Shown here piece after piece: positions 20,125 through 28,606 of a stretch of DNA of 64,000 nt (the first letter of the stretch is position 1; each line of letters starts with the position of its first letter). The notes below the pieces were generated by a model. It saw only the letters and a list, made by a program, of their open reading frames with translations. It was not told where the DNA came from and searched no databases. The stretch spans positions 64,001 through 128,000 of the forward strand of contig CAWDRG010000022.1 of assembly GCA_963804645.1 (NCBI GenBank), in the 5' to 3' direction. The position numbers and the translations under genes are program-made. Source of the DNA: an uncultured Bacillota bacterium (GTDB taxonomy: Bacteria; Sysuimicrobiota; Sysuimicrobiia; Sysuimicrobiales; Segetimicrobiaceae).

Positions 20125-20591
20125 CCCGCCGCGTCCGCGGGCGGCGTCCACCCGCCGCTTTGGTAGTCGAAGCGGTCCCGGTTGTTCTTGATCTTCGCGG
20201 GGTCCGCGGTGGCTTCGTGCGCGTACACCATGCGCTCGACCGTCGCGACGCGCACGTCCTCGACCCACGCCTCGGCCCGCATCGTCGCCCCGTACGGATG
20301 GTCGTACAGCATCTGCACCTCGAGCGTGAGCGCCTCGCCCTGCCGCACCTGACGGTGCAGCCGGACGCCGTCCACCAGCATCAACACCATCTCCACCTCA
20401 AAGTTGTGGTTCAGCAGATTCAGCATGCCGCCCACCTGCGCCAGCGCCTCGAGCAGCAGCGAGGCGGGCATCACGGCCAGCCGCGGGTAGTGCGCGACGA
20501 AGTAGCCGTCCATCAGATTGACGAGCTTCGTCGCCCGCATGCGCTTCCCGCGCTCGGCGTCGATGATCCGGTCGAACAACAGGAAGCGCAC
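20121..20591 (-). CDS. fabZ: FabZ-like beta-hydroxyacyl-ACP dehydratase
   Basis: RFLLFDRI and FVAHYPRLAVMPASLLLEALAQ. Confidence 0.85.
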   Translation of the reverse strand: MRFLLFDRIIDAERGKRMRATKLVNLMDGYFVAHYPRLAVMPASLLLEALAQVGGMLNLLNHNFEVEMVLMLVDGVRLHRQVRQGEALTLEVQMLYDHPYGATMRAEAWVEDVRVATVERMVYAHEATADPAKIKNNRDRFDYQSGGWTPPADAAG

Positions 20592-20611
20592 GGGATCTCC
20601 TCGCGGCCGCG

Positions 20612-21898
20612 TCAGTCCGGCCAGCGTGTGACGATCAGCGTACCGTTCTGCCCGCCGAACCCGAAGGAGTTGGACAGCGCCGTGTGCGGCTCCACGCGCC
20701 GTGCTTCATTGGGCACGTAGTCCAGGTCGCAGTCCGGGTCCGGATGCTCCAGATTGATCGTCGGCGGCACGATGCCGGTCGACAGCGCCAGCACCGTGAC
20801 CACCAACTCGATCCCGCCCGAGGCGCACAGGAGATGCCCGATCTGCGACTTGGTCGAGCTCATCGGCACCCGGTACGCGTGGTCGCCGAGCGTCTGCTTC
20901 ACCGCGAGGGTCTCCACCCGGTCATTCTGGAGCGTCGCCGTGCCGTGCGCGTTGATGTAGTCAACCTCCTCGGGCGCGATCCCGGCGTCCGCGAGCGCCG
21001 CGCGCATGCACTGGATCGCGCCCCGCCCGTCCGGGTGGCTGTCGGTGAACCGATACCCGTCGCACGACGAGCCGTACCCGACGAGCTCCGCGTGGATCCG
21101 CGCGCCGCGGCGCTGCGCGTGCGACAGCTCCTCCAAGATCACCAACCCGGCCCCTTCGCCGAGCACGAGCCCATCGCGCTTCCGGTCGAACGGACGGCAC
21201 GCCTTCGCCGGATCCCCCTGGAAGGGGGACGCGACGCTCAGCAGGGTGAACCCCGTCACGCACACCGCCGACAGCATGCTGTCGGCGCCCCCGGCGACCA
21301 TCAGGTCGGTGTCGCCGCGGCGGATCATGTGCAGCGCCTCGCCGATCGCCTGCGTGGCCGACGCGCACGCCGACTGGACGGTCATGCACGGGCCGTGCAG
21401 CAGATGCCGCCCCGCCAGCAGCGTCGACACCATGCCGATGTCGCGCTGGGCCAGGAGCTCGGGCATCTTGCGGCAGATCGCCAGGTACTGCTCCTTGTAC
21501 GACCCCTCGTGCAGCGCCTCGGTGGGCCACGAATACGCGCCCTCGTCGATCACCGGAAAGTTCGACGCGCCGACAATCAGGCCCGCGCGCCAGGGGTCAT
21601 ACTCCGTCTCGCCGAGCCCGGCGTCGCGCCACGCTTCGTCGAGCGCCCACACCCCGAGCTTCACGGAGCGGGTCGCGAACGGTCGCAGCACGTCCCCAAC
21701 GTCGGGAATCGTGAGCTGCTCCAGGTCGACCTCGCTCCCGATGTGCACGGGAAAATCGTCGCTCTTGAACTGCCGGATCTGCCCCACCCCGGACTTGCCC
21801 GCCAGGATGGCGTCCCAGTTCCGCTCGACCCCGGCGCCGAGCGAGGTCACGGCGCCCATGCCGGTAATCACCACGCGGCGCGCCGCCGCCTCCGTCAT
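20612..21898 (-). CDS. fabF: Beta-ketoacyl-ACP synthase II
   Basis: Intact Cys-His-His triad: QSACASAT, INAHGTAT, KSQIGHL; SNSFGFGGQN. Confidence 0.95.
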   Translation of the reverse strand: MTEAAARRVVITGMGAVTSLGAGVERNWDAILAGKSGVGQIRQFKSDDFPVHIGSEVDLEQLTIPDVGDVLRPFATRSVKLGVWALDEAWRDAGLGETEYDPWRAGLIVGASNFPVIDEGAYSWPTEALHEGSYKEQYLAICRKMPELLAQRDIGMVSTLLAGRHLLHGPCMTVQSACASATQAIGEALHMIRRGDTDLMVAGGADSMLSAVCVTGFTLLSVASPFQGDPAKACRPFDRKRDGLVLGEGAGLVILEELSHAQRRGARIHAELVGYGSSCDGYRFTDSHPDGRGAIQCMRAALADAGIAPEEVDYINAHGTATLQNDRVETLAVKQTLGDHAYRVPMSSTKSQIGHLLCASGGIELVVTVLALSTGIVPPTINLEHPDPDCDLDYVPNEARRVEPHTALSNSFGFGGQNGTLIVTRWPD

Positions 21899-22353
21899 GG
21901 CGCCTCCTCCGTCCGGTCGGGATACAGCAGGAGAAACATCCGGCGCGCCTCGGCGGGATCGAGGTACCGCTCGATCGGTTCAAGCGACAGGGTAAAGGTG
22001 GCCGACGCCACCAGCGTGTCCAGATGGTAGGCCTTCCCCTGCACCTTGACCTCGGCCTCGCCGCGCTCCACGACCTTCACCTCCACCCGGAGCTGGCTCC
22101 CGGGGCCGAGCACGCGCCGGAACTTGAGGTTGTCGAACGAGGTCGCCAGCCCAAGCTGGCGAAACTCACTGGCCTGCCGCACGACCCAGTCGGCGAGCTG
22201 CACCATCGACTCGACGATCATCGACCCGGGCATGATCGGCCGGTGGGGAAAATGATCGGCGAAAAAATCCTCGCTCATCGTGATGTTCTTGACCCCCGTC
22301 GCGCGCACGCCCGGCTCCAGCTCGAGGATCGAGTCGACGAGCAGGAACCTCAT
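21895..22353 (-). CDS. fabZ: FabZ-like dehydratase
   Basis: MRFLLVDSI, KNITMSEDFFADHFPHRPIMPGSMIVESMVQ; ATGA overlaps. Confidence 0.9.
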   Translation of the reverse strand: MRFLLVDSILELEPGVRATGVKNITMSEDFFADHFPHRPIMPGSMIVESMVQLADWVVRQASEFRQLGLATSFDNLKFRRVLGPGSQLRVEVKVVERGEAEVKVQGKAYHLDTLVASATFTLSLEPIERYLDPAEARRMFLLLYPDRTEEAP

Positions 22354-22940
22354 GACTCCGCCTGTGACTGCTTGAACAGCTCGGTCAAGTCGCGGAGCAG
22401 GATATCGTCCCCGCTCTCGAGCGGCACGATCTCCCCGCAGCTCGGACATTCCAGCTCCGGCATCACGGTCGACTCGACGAGCGCGGCGCCGCACTTCGGG
22501 CAGTCGCGCGGGGCCTCCGCCTTCGCCTCCAAGAGCCGCACGGTGATCCGTGCGAAGCTGCCCACGCTGATCATCTTGACGACGTCGATCGCCTTCAGCC
22601 CGGGCCGGAACTTGGTGGGATCCAACTCGGGCATGCCCCGGCGCAGCATCTCCAGCCCGAGCGGCGTGACCACGCCCGAGACCACGAGGTCCTCCTCGCG
22701 GAAATGCTGGGCGGCGCGCTCGAGGATGTCGGCGCGCGGGAACTGAATCCGGTACTCCTTCTCCAGCAGAAACGCCATGTCGAGCAGGTCGAGCGACTCG
22801 GCCCCGAGATCGAACAGCGACGACTCAAGCGTCACGTCGTCGAGCTTGAGCTCGAGCGACTTCGCCACGACCTCGCGGACCTTCTGGTGCACCTCCGCAA
22901 CCGGCACTGCCGGGTGCGCGCGCTGCTCATCCGGACCCAT
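22350..22940 (-). CDS. Acyl carrier protein with internal insertion and C-terminal Zn-ribbon-like CxxC...CxxC
   Basis: DLGAESLDLLD phosphopantetheine Ser motif; CPKCG...LECPSCG at the C-terminus. Confidence 0.85.
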   Translation of the reverse strand: MGPDEQRAHPAVPVAEVHQKVREVVAKSLELKLDDVTLESSLFDLGAESLDLLDMAFLLEKEYRIQFPRADILERAAQHFREEDLVVSGVVTPLGLEMLRRGMPELDPTKFRPGLKAIDVVKMISVGSFARITVRLLEAKAEAPRDCPKCGAALVESTVMPELECPSCGEIVPLESGDDILLRDLTELFKQSQAES

Positions 22941-22988
22941 CGTTCCTCCTCGCCTGCTGAACTGACCGCACTGCTGACCGCACTGGGG

Positions 22989-23747
22989 TCACAACCCGTA
23001 CCCGCCGGTCACGTGCAGAATCTGTCCGGTGATGTAGCTCGCCTCGTCCGAGGCGAGAAAACACACGGCGCGGGCCACGTCCGCCGGCTCGCCGAATCGC
23101 TTGAGCGGGATCTGGCCGAGGATCTCGTCCCCGGCGAGCGTGCGGACCCGCTCCGACATCTCCGTGAGGATCACCCCCGGCGAGACGGCGTTGACGCGCA
23201 CCGCCTTCGGGGCCAGCTCCACCGCGAGCGAGCGCACCATCGCGTTCAGCCCGCCCTTGGCGGCCACGTAGTTCCCGTGACCGCGCCCCGCGCGGTCGGC
23301 CGCGATGGACGACAGGCACACGATGCTCCCGCCCTGCTGGCGCATCATGAACGGCAGCACCTCCCGAATGCACAGAAACGGCCCCCGGAGATTCGTCTGG
23401 ATCACGGCGTCCCACTGGTCGAGCGTCATCGCCCCGATCAGCTGGTCGCGGACGACCCCCGCGTTGGCCACCAGCACGTCGATGCGGCCGAACCGCTTGG
23501 CCGCGGCGCGCACGAGTCCCCGCACGCCCGCCTCGTCGGCGACGTCGGCCTGGACCGCGCACGCCTCGCCCCCGCCCGCCTGGATCGCGGCGACAACCGC
23601 GTCGGCGTCGGCCGCCGCCTGGCGGTAGTTCACCACGACGCGGGCGCCCTCGGCGGCCAGCTGGGTGGCGACGGCGCGGCCGATGCCGCGCGACGCGCCG
23701 GTGACGATCGCCACCCGCTCGCGGAACCGCGCCCCCGGGTCAGCCAC
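22989..23747 (-). CDS. fabG: 3-oxoacyl-ACP reductase
   Basis: TGASRGIG, NAGVVRD, YVAAK and YITGQILHVTGG motifs. Confidence 0.92.
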   Translation of the reverse strand: MADPGARFRERVAIVTGASRGIGRAVATQLAAEGARVVVNYRQAAADADAVVAAIQAGGGEACAVQADVADEAGVRGLVRAAAKRFGRIDVLVANAGVVRDQLIGAMTLDQWDAVIQTNLRGPFLCIREVLPFMMRQQGGSIVCLSSIAADRAGRGHGNYVAAKGGLNAMVRSLAVELAPKAVRVNAVSPGVILTEMSERVRTLAGDEILGQIPLKRFGEPADVARAVCFLASDEASYITGQILHVTGGYGL

Positions 23748-24507
23748 GGTGCGAGAGGGCCAGTGAATAGCCCCCGTCGGCGATCAGCGTTTGTCCCCGG
23801 ATCCAGTCCGACTCCGGGGAACACAGGAACGCGACGACGCCGGCCACGTCCGCCGGGGTGGCGAGGCGCCCGGCGGGCGTGCCCGCGACGACGTGCCGCA
23901 CCAGCTCGTCGTAGTCCGGCGCGAGGCGCATGCTCTCGGTGTCGACAAACCCGGCGGACACGACGTTGACGTTGATCTTCCGCGGCGCGAGCTCCACCGC
24001 GAGGTACCGGGCCAGCGTCTCGATGACGGCCTTGGCGGCCCCCAAGCCCGCATAGTCGGGCACGCAGAACCTCGACCCGAGGCTGCTGAGCCCGATGATC
24101 CGGCCGCCGTTCGGGCCCATCAGCTCGGCCGCCATCTGCGAGCCGAGCAGAAAGGCGCGCGCGTTCATGTCCATCACCTTCTGCCAGTTCCGGCTGTTCA
24201 GCTCCATCGCCGGCCGGAAGGTCGTCCGGGCCGCGTTGCTGATGAAGATGTCGAGGCGTTCGAACCGCTCCCGGACGTGGTCGAACAACCCGCGCAGCAG
24301 CGTCTCCTGTCCGACGTCCAAGGACTGCATCGAGGCCGGCACGCCCATCGCTTCGATGTCGGCGACGGTCTGCCGCGCCGAGGTGTAATCCATGCAGTAG
24401 CCGACGAGGATGTGGGCCGGCTGCTCCCGCGCCAGCCGGAGGGCGATCGCCCGGCCGATCCCGCGCGTGCCCCCGGTGATGAGCACGATCTGTCCCCCGA
24501 GCGCCAT
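23740..24507 (-). CDS. fabL: FabL-like SDR enoyl-ACP reductase
   Basis: TGGTRGIG, ISNAA, SSLGS, YxxxxxxK spacing (YAGLGAAK), LARYLAVEL and WIRGQTLIADGG. Confidence 0.75.
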   Translation of the reverse strand: MALGGQIVLITGGTRGIGRAIALRLAREQPAHILVGYCMDYTSARQTVADIEAMGVPASMQSLDVGQETLLRGLFDHVRERFERLDIFISNAARTTFRPAMELNSRNWQKVMDMNARAFLLGSQMAAELMGPNGGRIIGLSSLGSRFCVPDYAGLGAAKAVIETLARYLAVELAPRKINVNVVSAGFVDTESMRLAPDYDELVRHVVAGTPAGRLATPADVAGVVAFLCSPESDWIRGQTLIADGGYSLALSHRG

Positions 24508-24508
24508 C

Positions 24509-25576
24509 TCACGCCACCTCGCGAACAGGGCGGTAGACCTCGTCGACGAGCCGGCGGGCCAGCCGAACCGGGTCGTGCCGGAGGGCCACGTACGCCGGAC
24601 CGCGCCGGCGCAGCTCCCGGCGGAGCGCCGGCGCGCCCAGGATCTCGTGGATCGCCTCGCACCACACCCGGGGATCGCGCGAACGGACGAGGCGGCCGCC
24701 CGACCCCGGCCCCACGGCCTCCACGAGGCCGCCCACGGCCGCGGCCAGCACCGGCGCGCCGACCCGCATCGCTTCGAGGGCCACGATCCCGAACGGCTCA
24801 TACTCGCTCGGGATCAGCACGAGCCCCGCGCCCGAGAACAGCCGGTCCAGCGTCTCCCGGTCCACCCACCCGACGACGCGGCAGGCCTCCGGATGCGCCG
24901 CGGCCAGACCGTCCGCGATGCGGTGCCCGAGCGCGTCGCCGTGTCCGCCCGCCACGACGAATCGGTACCGGCCCGCGAGGCGGCGCACGATCACGTCCAA
25001 GAGCGCCATCCCCTTGCTGCGCGCGAAGCGGCCGGCAAACACGACCGGGCCCGGCTCCTCCGGCGCGGGCCCCGCGGGCGGCAGGGCGGCCACCCCGTTT
25101 GGCAGCACGCTGCTGCGCCCCGCGAGCGACGGGAGGCGGTCGAGCGCGGCCGTGCGCTCGTCCGCGCTGAGGAAGACGACGTGGTCGCTCCGCGTCATGA
25201 GCGCGACCTGCAGCCGCCGCCAGCCCTCCGCCTCGGGGACGCCCGGCAGCTCCCGCTCGAGCAGGGAATGCGCGGTGTAGACGAGCGGCACGCGAAAGCG
25301 GCGCCGCATCTCCAGCGCGAGCTCGCCCAGGCTGAGCGAGTGCAGATGGATCACGTCGAACTCGGCCGGCCGCACCGGACAGCGGTCCCCGGACAGCCCG
25401 TGGACCACCGGACCGCGCCCCGCCGGCGCCGCGGCGGGGCCGTCCGCCCGCGCGGGGGCCAGCACGTGCACGTCCACGCCGACCGCGGTCAGCGCGGCCG
25501 CCTGCGCCGCCACGGCCGTCCCGATGCCGGACCAGACGGGCTCGGGATAGTCGGCGGTCAGCATCAAGGCGCGCAC
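24509..25576 (-). CDS. GT4 family glycosyltransferase
   Basis: FAGRFARSKG and PSEYEPFGIVALEAM (E-x7-E). Confidence 0.92.
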   Translation of the reverse strand: MRALMLTADYPEPVWSGIGTAVAAQAAALTAVGVDVHVLAPARADGPAAAPAGRGPVVHGLSGDRCPVRPAEFDVIHLHSLSLGELALEMRRRFRVPLVYTAHSLLERELPGVPEAEGWRRLQVALMTRSDHVVFLSADERTAALDRLPSLAGRSSVLPNGVAALPPAGPAPEEPGPVVFAGRFARSKGMALLDVIVRRLAGRYRFVVAGGHGDALGHRIADGLAAAHPEACRVVGWVDRETLDRLFSGAGLVLIPSEYEPFGIVALEAMRVGAPVLAAAVGGLVEAVGPGSGGRLVRSRDPRVWCEAIHEILGAPALRRELRRRGPAYVALRHDPVRLARRLVDEVYRPVREVA

Positions 25577-25580
25577 GCGG

Positions 25581-27503
25581 TCACCTCGGCCCCGCGTCCG
25601 GTGTCCGGGCGAGGACCGTCAGTTGGTCGGAGTCTCCTCCGCCGAGCTGCCGCATCAGCCGCATCCAGCGCGGCGACATCTCGTCCGGAAGCGCCGGGAC
25701 CCGCAGCCGCTCGGGCGCGTCGAAGCCCGCGCTCGTCAGGAGCGTCGAGAGCGACGTCTCGGTGAAGTACTGTAAATGCACCAACGGATTGATCGCCTCC
25801 CAATGCTTGCCGAGAACCTTGAAGTGCATCGACCCCAGATCCGGAACCGCCACGTACAGCAGGCCGCCCGGGTTCAGCACGTCGGCGACCTGCTCGAGCG
25901 CCGCCCGCGGGTCCGGCAGGTGCTCCAGGACGTGGCTCATGACCACCACGTCGAACGCCTGCCATGGGATCGGATCGCGCCCCACGACGGCGCGCGCGAC
26001 GCGGTCGCCGAACTCGAGCGTGAGGCGGTCCACCTGGGCCTGCGAGCTGTCGACGCCGTACACCTCAAAGCCGTACGCCGGCGCGACGCGCATCAGGTAG
26101 CCGCGGCCGAAGCCGAGATCCAGGAGACGCGCGCCGGACGTCCGCAGCGACAGCCAGTGGCAGATGAACTCGGCGTACATGCGCTGCGCTTCCAGGTACC
26201 GGTCGTCGGCCGCGCTGGGATCGTCCTCGAGCAGCCGGGCCTGCACCTCACCGCTGATACGCGGGCTGACGTACACGTGGCTGCACGCCGCGCACCGGTG
26301 GTAGGCGAAGCCTTGCTTCTGGAACAGCGGCCGCCGTTCCCGCGACCCGCAGGCGCCGCACGCCACGGACACGAGGGCCGCGGGCCCCGCCTCTTCGACC
26401 ACCTGCTGCAGCTCGGAGAACCAGAAGAGGCGCGCCGGCGGCGCCGGCGGAGGCGCCGCGTCGACCGCGGGCTCGACGAACAGGCCGAGGCGGTACGCGA
26501 TCTCGCAGGACTCGGAGAGTTTGGACAGCGCGACCCCGCGCTCCAGCGCGGGCAGCGCCTCGGCCATCGCCCCGAGGTCCAGGAACGTCTCCGCGATGCG
26601 GCGCTCGACCCCGACGGGCACGCGCCGCAGCGGGGCCAGCTCGGTCGCCGCGCGGTCGTCCCCCCGCGCGCGGTCCCCGTTGAGCCGGCTGAGCGACACC
26701 AGGTTCGGCTGTCCCTCCCGCAGATCTTCTTCCTGATCCTGCACGTCGTTCAGGTACTGGGCCAGCTCGAAGTACCGCTCCAAGAACGGCAGCAGCGCCG
26801 ACGTGCGACCCGGATCGAGCGCCGAGTACAGCGCCCGCAGGGACTCGACGTTCTTGAGGCGCACGAGCCGGTCGTACTCTTCCAGCGACCACTCGTGGAG
26901 ATCGGTGTACTCGATGATCGCCCCGATCACCGTGCGGCGCAGCGACCCGACCAGGGCGCGCAGGGTCGCGCCCCCGTCCGCGCCGGCCGGGTCGGCGAGC
27001 CGGTCGAGGCCCTCGAAACACAGCAGCAGTCCCGCCAGAATGCTCAGGCCCACCGCCTGCTGGGTCGTGGGCCGCGCCTCGCTCACCGCCGCCAGCAGCG
27101 TGTCGTGCCGTCCCTTGTACGACACGTGCTGGTCGATGATGTCGTCGAACACCCGCGTAATCGCGATGTGGACGAGCCCGCACGCCGCGACCGCGCGGCG
27201 AAACGCGTCCGGCGCGGGCCGCACGGCGACCGCGAACACCGGCAGATCCCAAAGGGACCACTGCATCCAGCTCACGTACTCCGACGCCTGCGCCGCCAGC
27301 TGCACCGCGACCGCGTTCTGCTCGGAGATGCGGGCCACGTCGTCGCGCATGCGCGCCAGCGCCTCGTCGATCCCGAGGCTGATCTCGGCGCGGTACGCCT
27401 CGATCTCGGCGCGATACTCGGCGAGGAACGCCTCCGCGGCGGCCCGGCTCGCCTCGCGGAGGGTCGAGACGCGCACGAGCAGCTCCTGATGGGTCGCGGT
27501 CAC
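25581..27503 (-). CDS. Class I terpene/prenyl-synthase-like domain fused to a Zn-binding class I SAM methyltransferase
   Basis: FDDIID and YLNDVQDQEED in a helical N-half; CGAC...CAAC, LLDLGFGRG, SHVLEHL and HLQYF in the C-half. GTG start at 27503. Confidence 0.72.
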   Translation of the reverse strand: MTATHQELLVRVSTLREASRAAAEAFLAEYRAEIEAYRAEISLGIDEALARMRDDVARISEQNAVAVQLAAQASEYVSWMQWSLWDLPVFAVAVRPAPDAFRRAVAACGLVHIAITRVFDDIIDQHVSYKGRHDTLLAAVSEARPTTQQAVGLSILAGLLLCFEGLDRLADPAGADGGATLRALVGSLRRTVIGAIIEYTDLHEWSLEEYDRLVRLKNVESLRALYSALDPGRTSALLPFLERYFELAQYLNDVQDQEEDLREGQPNLVSLSRLNGDRARGDDRAATELAPLRRVPVGVERRIAETFLDLGAMAEALPALERGVALSKLSESCEIAYRLGLFVEPAVDAAPPPAPPARLFWFSELQQVVEEAGPAALVSVACGACGSRERRPLFQKQGFAYHRCAACSHVYVSPRISGEVQARLLEDDPSAADDRYLEAQRMYAEFICHWLSLRTSGARLLDLGFGRGYLMRVAPAYGFEVYGVDSSQAQVDRLTLEFGDRVARAVVGRDPIPWQAFDVVVMSHVLEHLPDPRAALEQVADVLNPGGLLYVAVPDLGSMHFKVLGKHWEAINPLVHLQYFTETSLSTLLTSAGFDAPERLRVPALPDEMSPRWMRLMRQLGGGDSDQLTVLARTPDAGPR

Positions 27504-28606
27504 GCGCCGCCCCCGCGCGCCCGGCACTCGTCCCGGGCCAGAAACGCGACGGAGAGGGCCGCGGCCCAGGCGGGCGACCCGACTCCTTTGACCGCGAAGT
27601 CCTCGTACGGCCGCTCGGCCCCCGGTTCCAAGCCGCGCAGCACCGCGAGCCGCGCCTGACGCAGCGCCGGACCGACCTCGCCGAGATACTGCAGCGCCGT
27701 CGCGCCGAGCGCGGTGCTGAGCGGGCCCCCAAACTCGCCGGTCGGGCGCTGCAGGCCGCCCAGCAGCGGGAGCAGCCGCTCCGCCACCTCGCGCCGGTGC
27801 GGCAGATCGCCTTGGGCCCACGTGCGGCCGACCGCGTAGAAAAAATACAGCGGGTCGGGAAACAGCGATGTGCCGTGCTGCAGGGTCCCGTCGGCCGTGT
27901 GCTCCCACAGCCACGCCGCCAGCCACGCGGTCTGCGGCTGGTCCCGCAGCCCCGCGCGGCACAGGTAGCGCAGCACCTCCACGTTGACGACCCGGTCAAA
28001 CCCGACGATCGGCCGCCCGACTTCGTCGGTCCACCCGTACAGGCCGCGGCCGCGCCGCACGAACGTATAGTACGCGCCGGAGGCGGACCGGAAGCTTTGA
28101 ACGACCGCGAGCTGCCGCTCCCAGCGCTCCAGCTGCTGCGCCCCGTAACTCTCGAGCAGCGCCGCGGCCGCAGACGCCGTGGTGGCGACGTCGGGATCGA
28201 TCCCCGCTCCGCGCCCGAAAAAGCGCCAGTCGCCGGCGGCCTCCTGCTGCCACGCCAGAAACTGGCGGATGCGGCGGCGCGCGTCGACCACGGCGCGCAT
28301 CGCCCCCTCGCGCGCCCGCGGCGGAAACACATCGAGGCTGCCGTCGACCCATCCCGGCGACCACGGGTCGAACGGCGAGAGCGCGTCGTGGACGAACGCG
28401 GACACGAACGGACTGCGGCACTGCACGTAGCGTCCGTCCGGATCCCGGCGGTACGACAGGATTTCCCCGGACGGGTGCTGGCTCCACAGAATCATCCGGA
28501 GGGTGCGCAGCACGCGCTCGCCGAGCACCCGCCGCGCCGGAGACTCCTCGGCCGCCGCGCCGCCGGCGCCCCAGGGCATCAGGGCCTGCGGGGTCAACGC
28601 CGTCAT
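27500..28606 (-). CDS. Single-domain class II terpene cyclase / prenyltransferase-squalene cyclase-repeat protein
   Basis: QW-like motifs FLAWQQEAAGDW and LQRPTGEF; DPDVATT at the DxDD position; FDRVVNVEVLRYL. ATGA overlap at the start. Confidence 0.68.
   Translation of the reverse strand: MTALTPQALMPWGAGGAAAEESPARRVLGERVLRTLRMILWSQHPSGEILSYRRDPDGRYVQCRSPFVSAFVHDALSPFDPWSPGWVDGSLDVFPPRAREGAMRAVVDARRRIRQFLAWQQEAAGDWRFFGRGAGIDPDVATTASAAAALLESYGAQQLERWERQLAVVQSFRSASGAYYTFVRRGRGLYGWTDEVGRPIVGFDRVVNVEVLRYLCRAGLRDQPQTAWLAAWLWEHTADGTLQHGTSLFPDPLYFFYAVGRTWAQGDLPHRREVAERLLPLLGGLQRPTGEFGGPLSTALGATALQYLGEVGPALRQARLAVLRGLEPGAERPYEDFAVKGVGSPAWAAALSVAFLARDECRARGGGA

Noticed and set aside
18844..24507. Ladderane or canonical aryl polyene cluster
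   Set aside because: No radical SAM enzymes and no aryl starter or ammonia lyase genes seen; only the generic KS/DH layout is shared.
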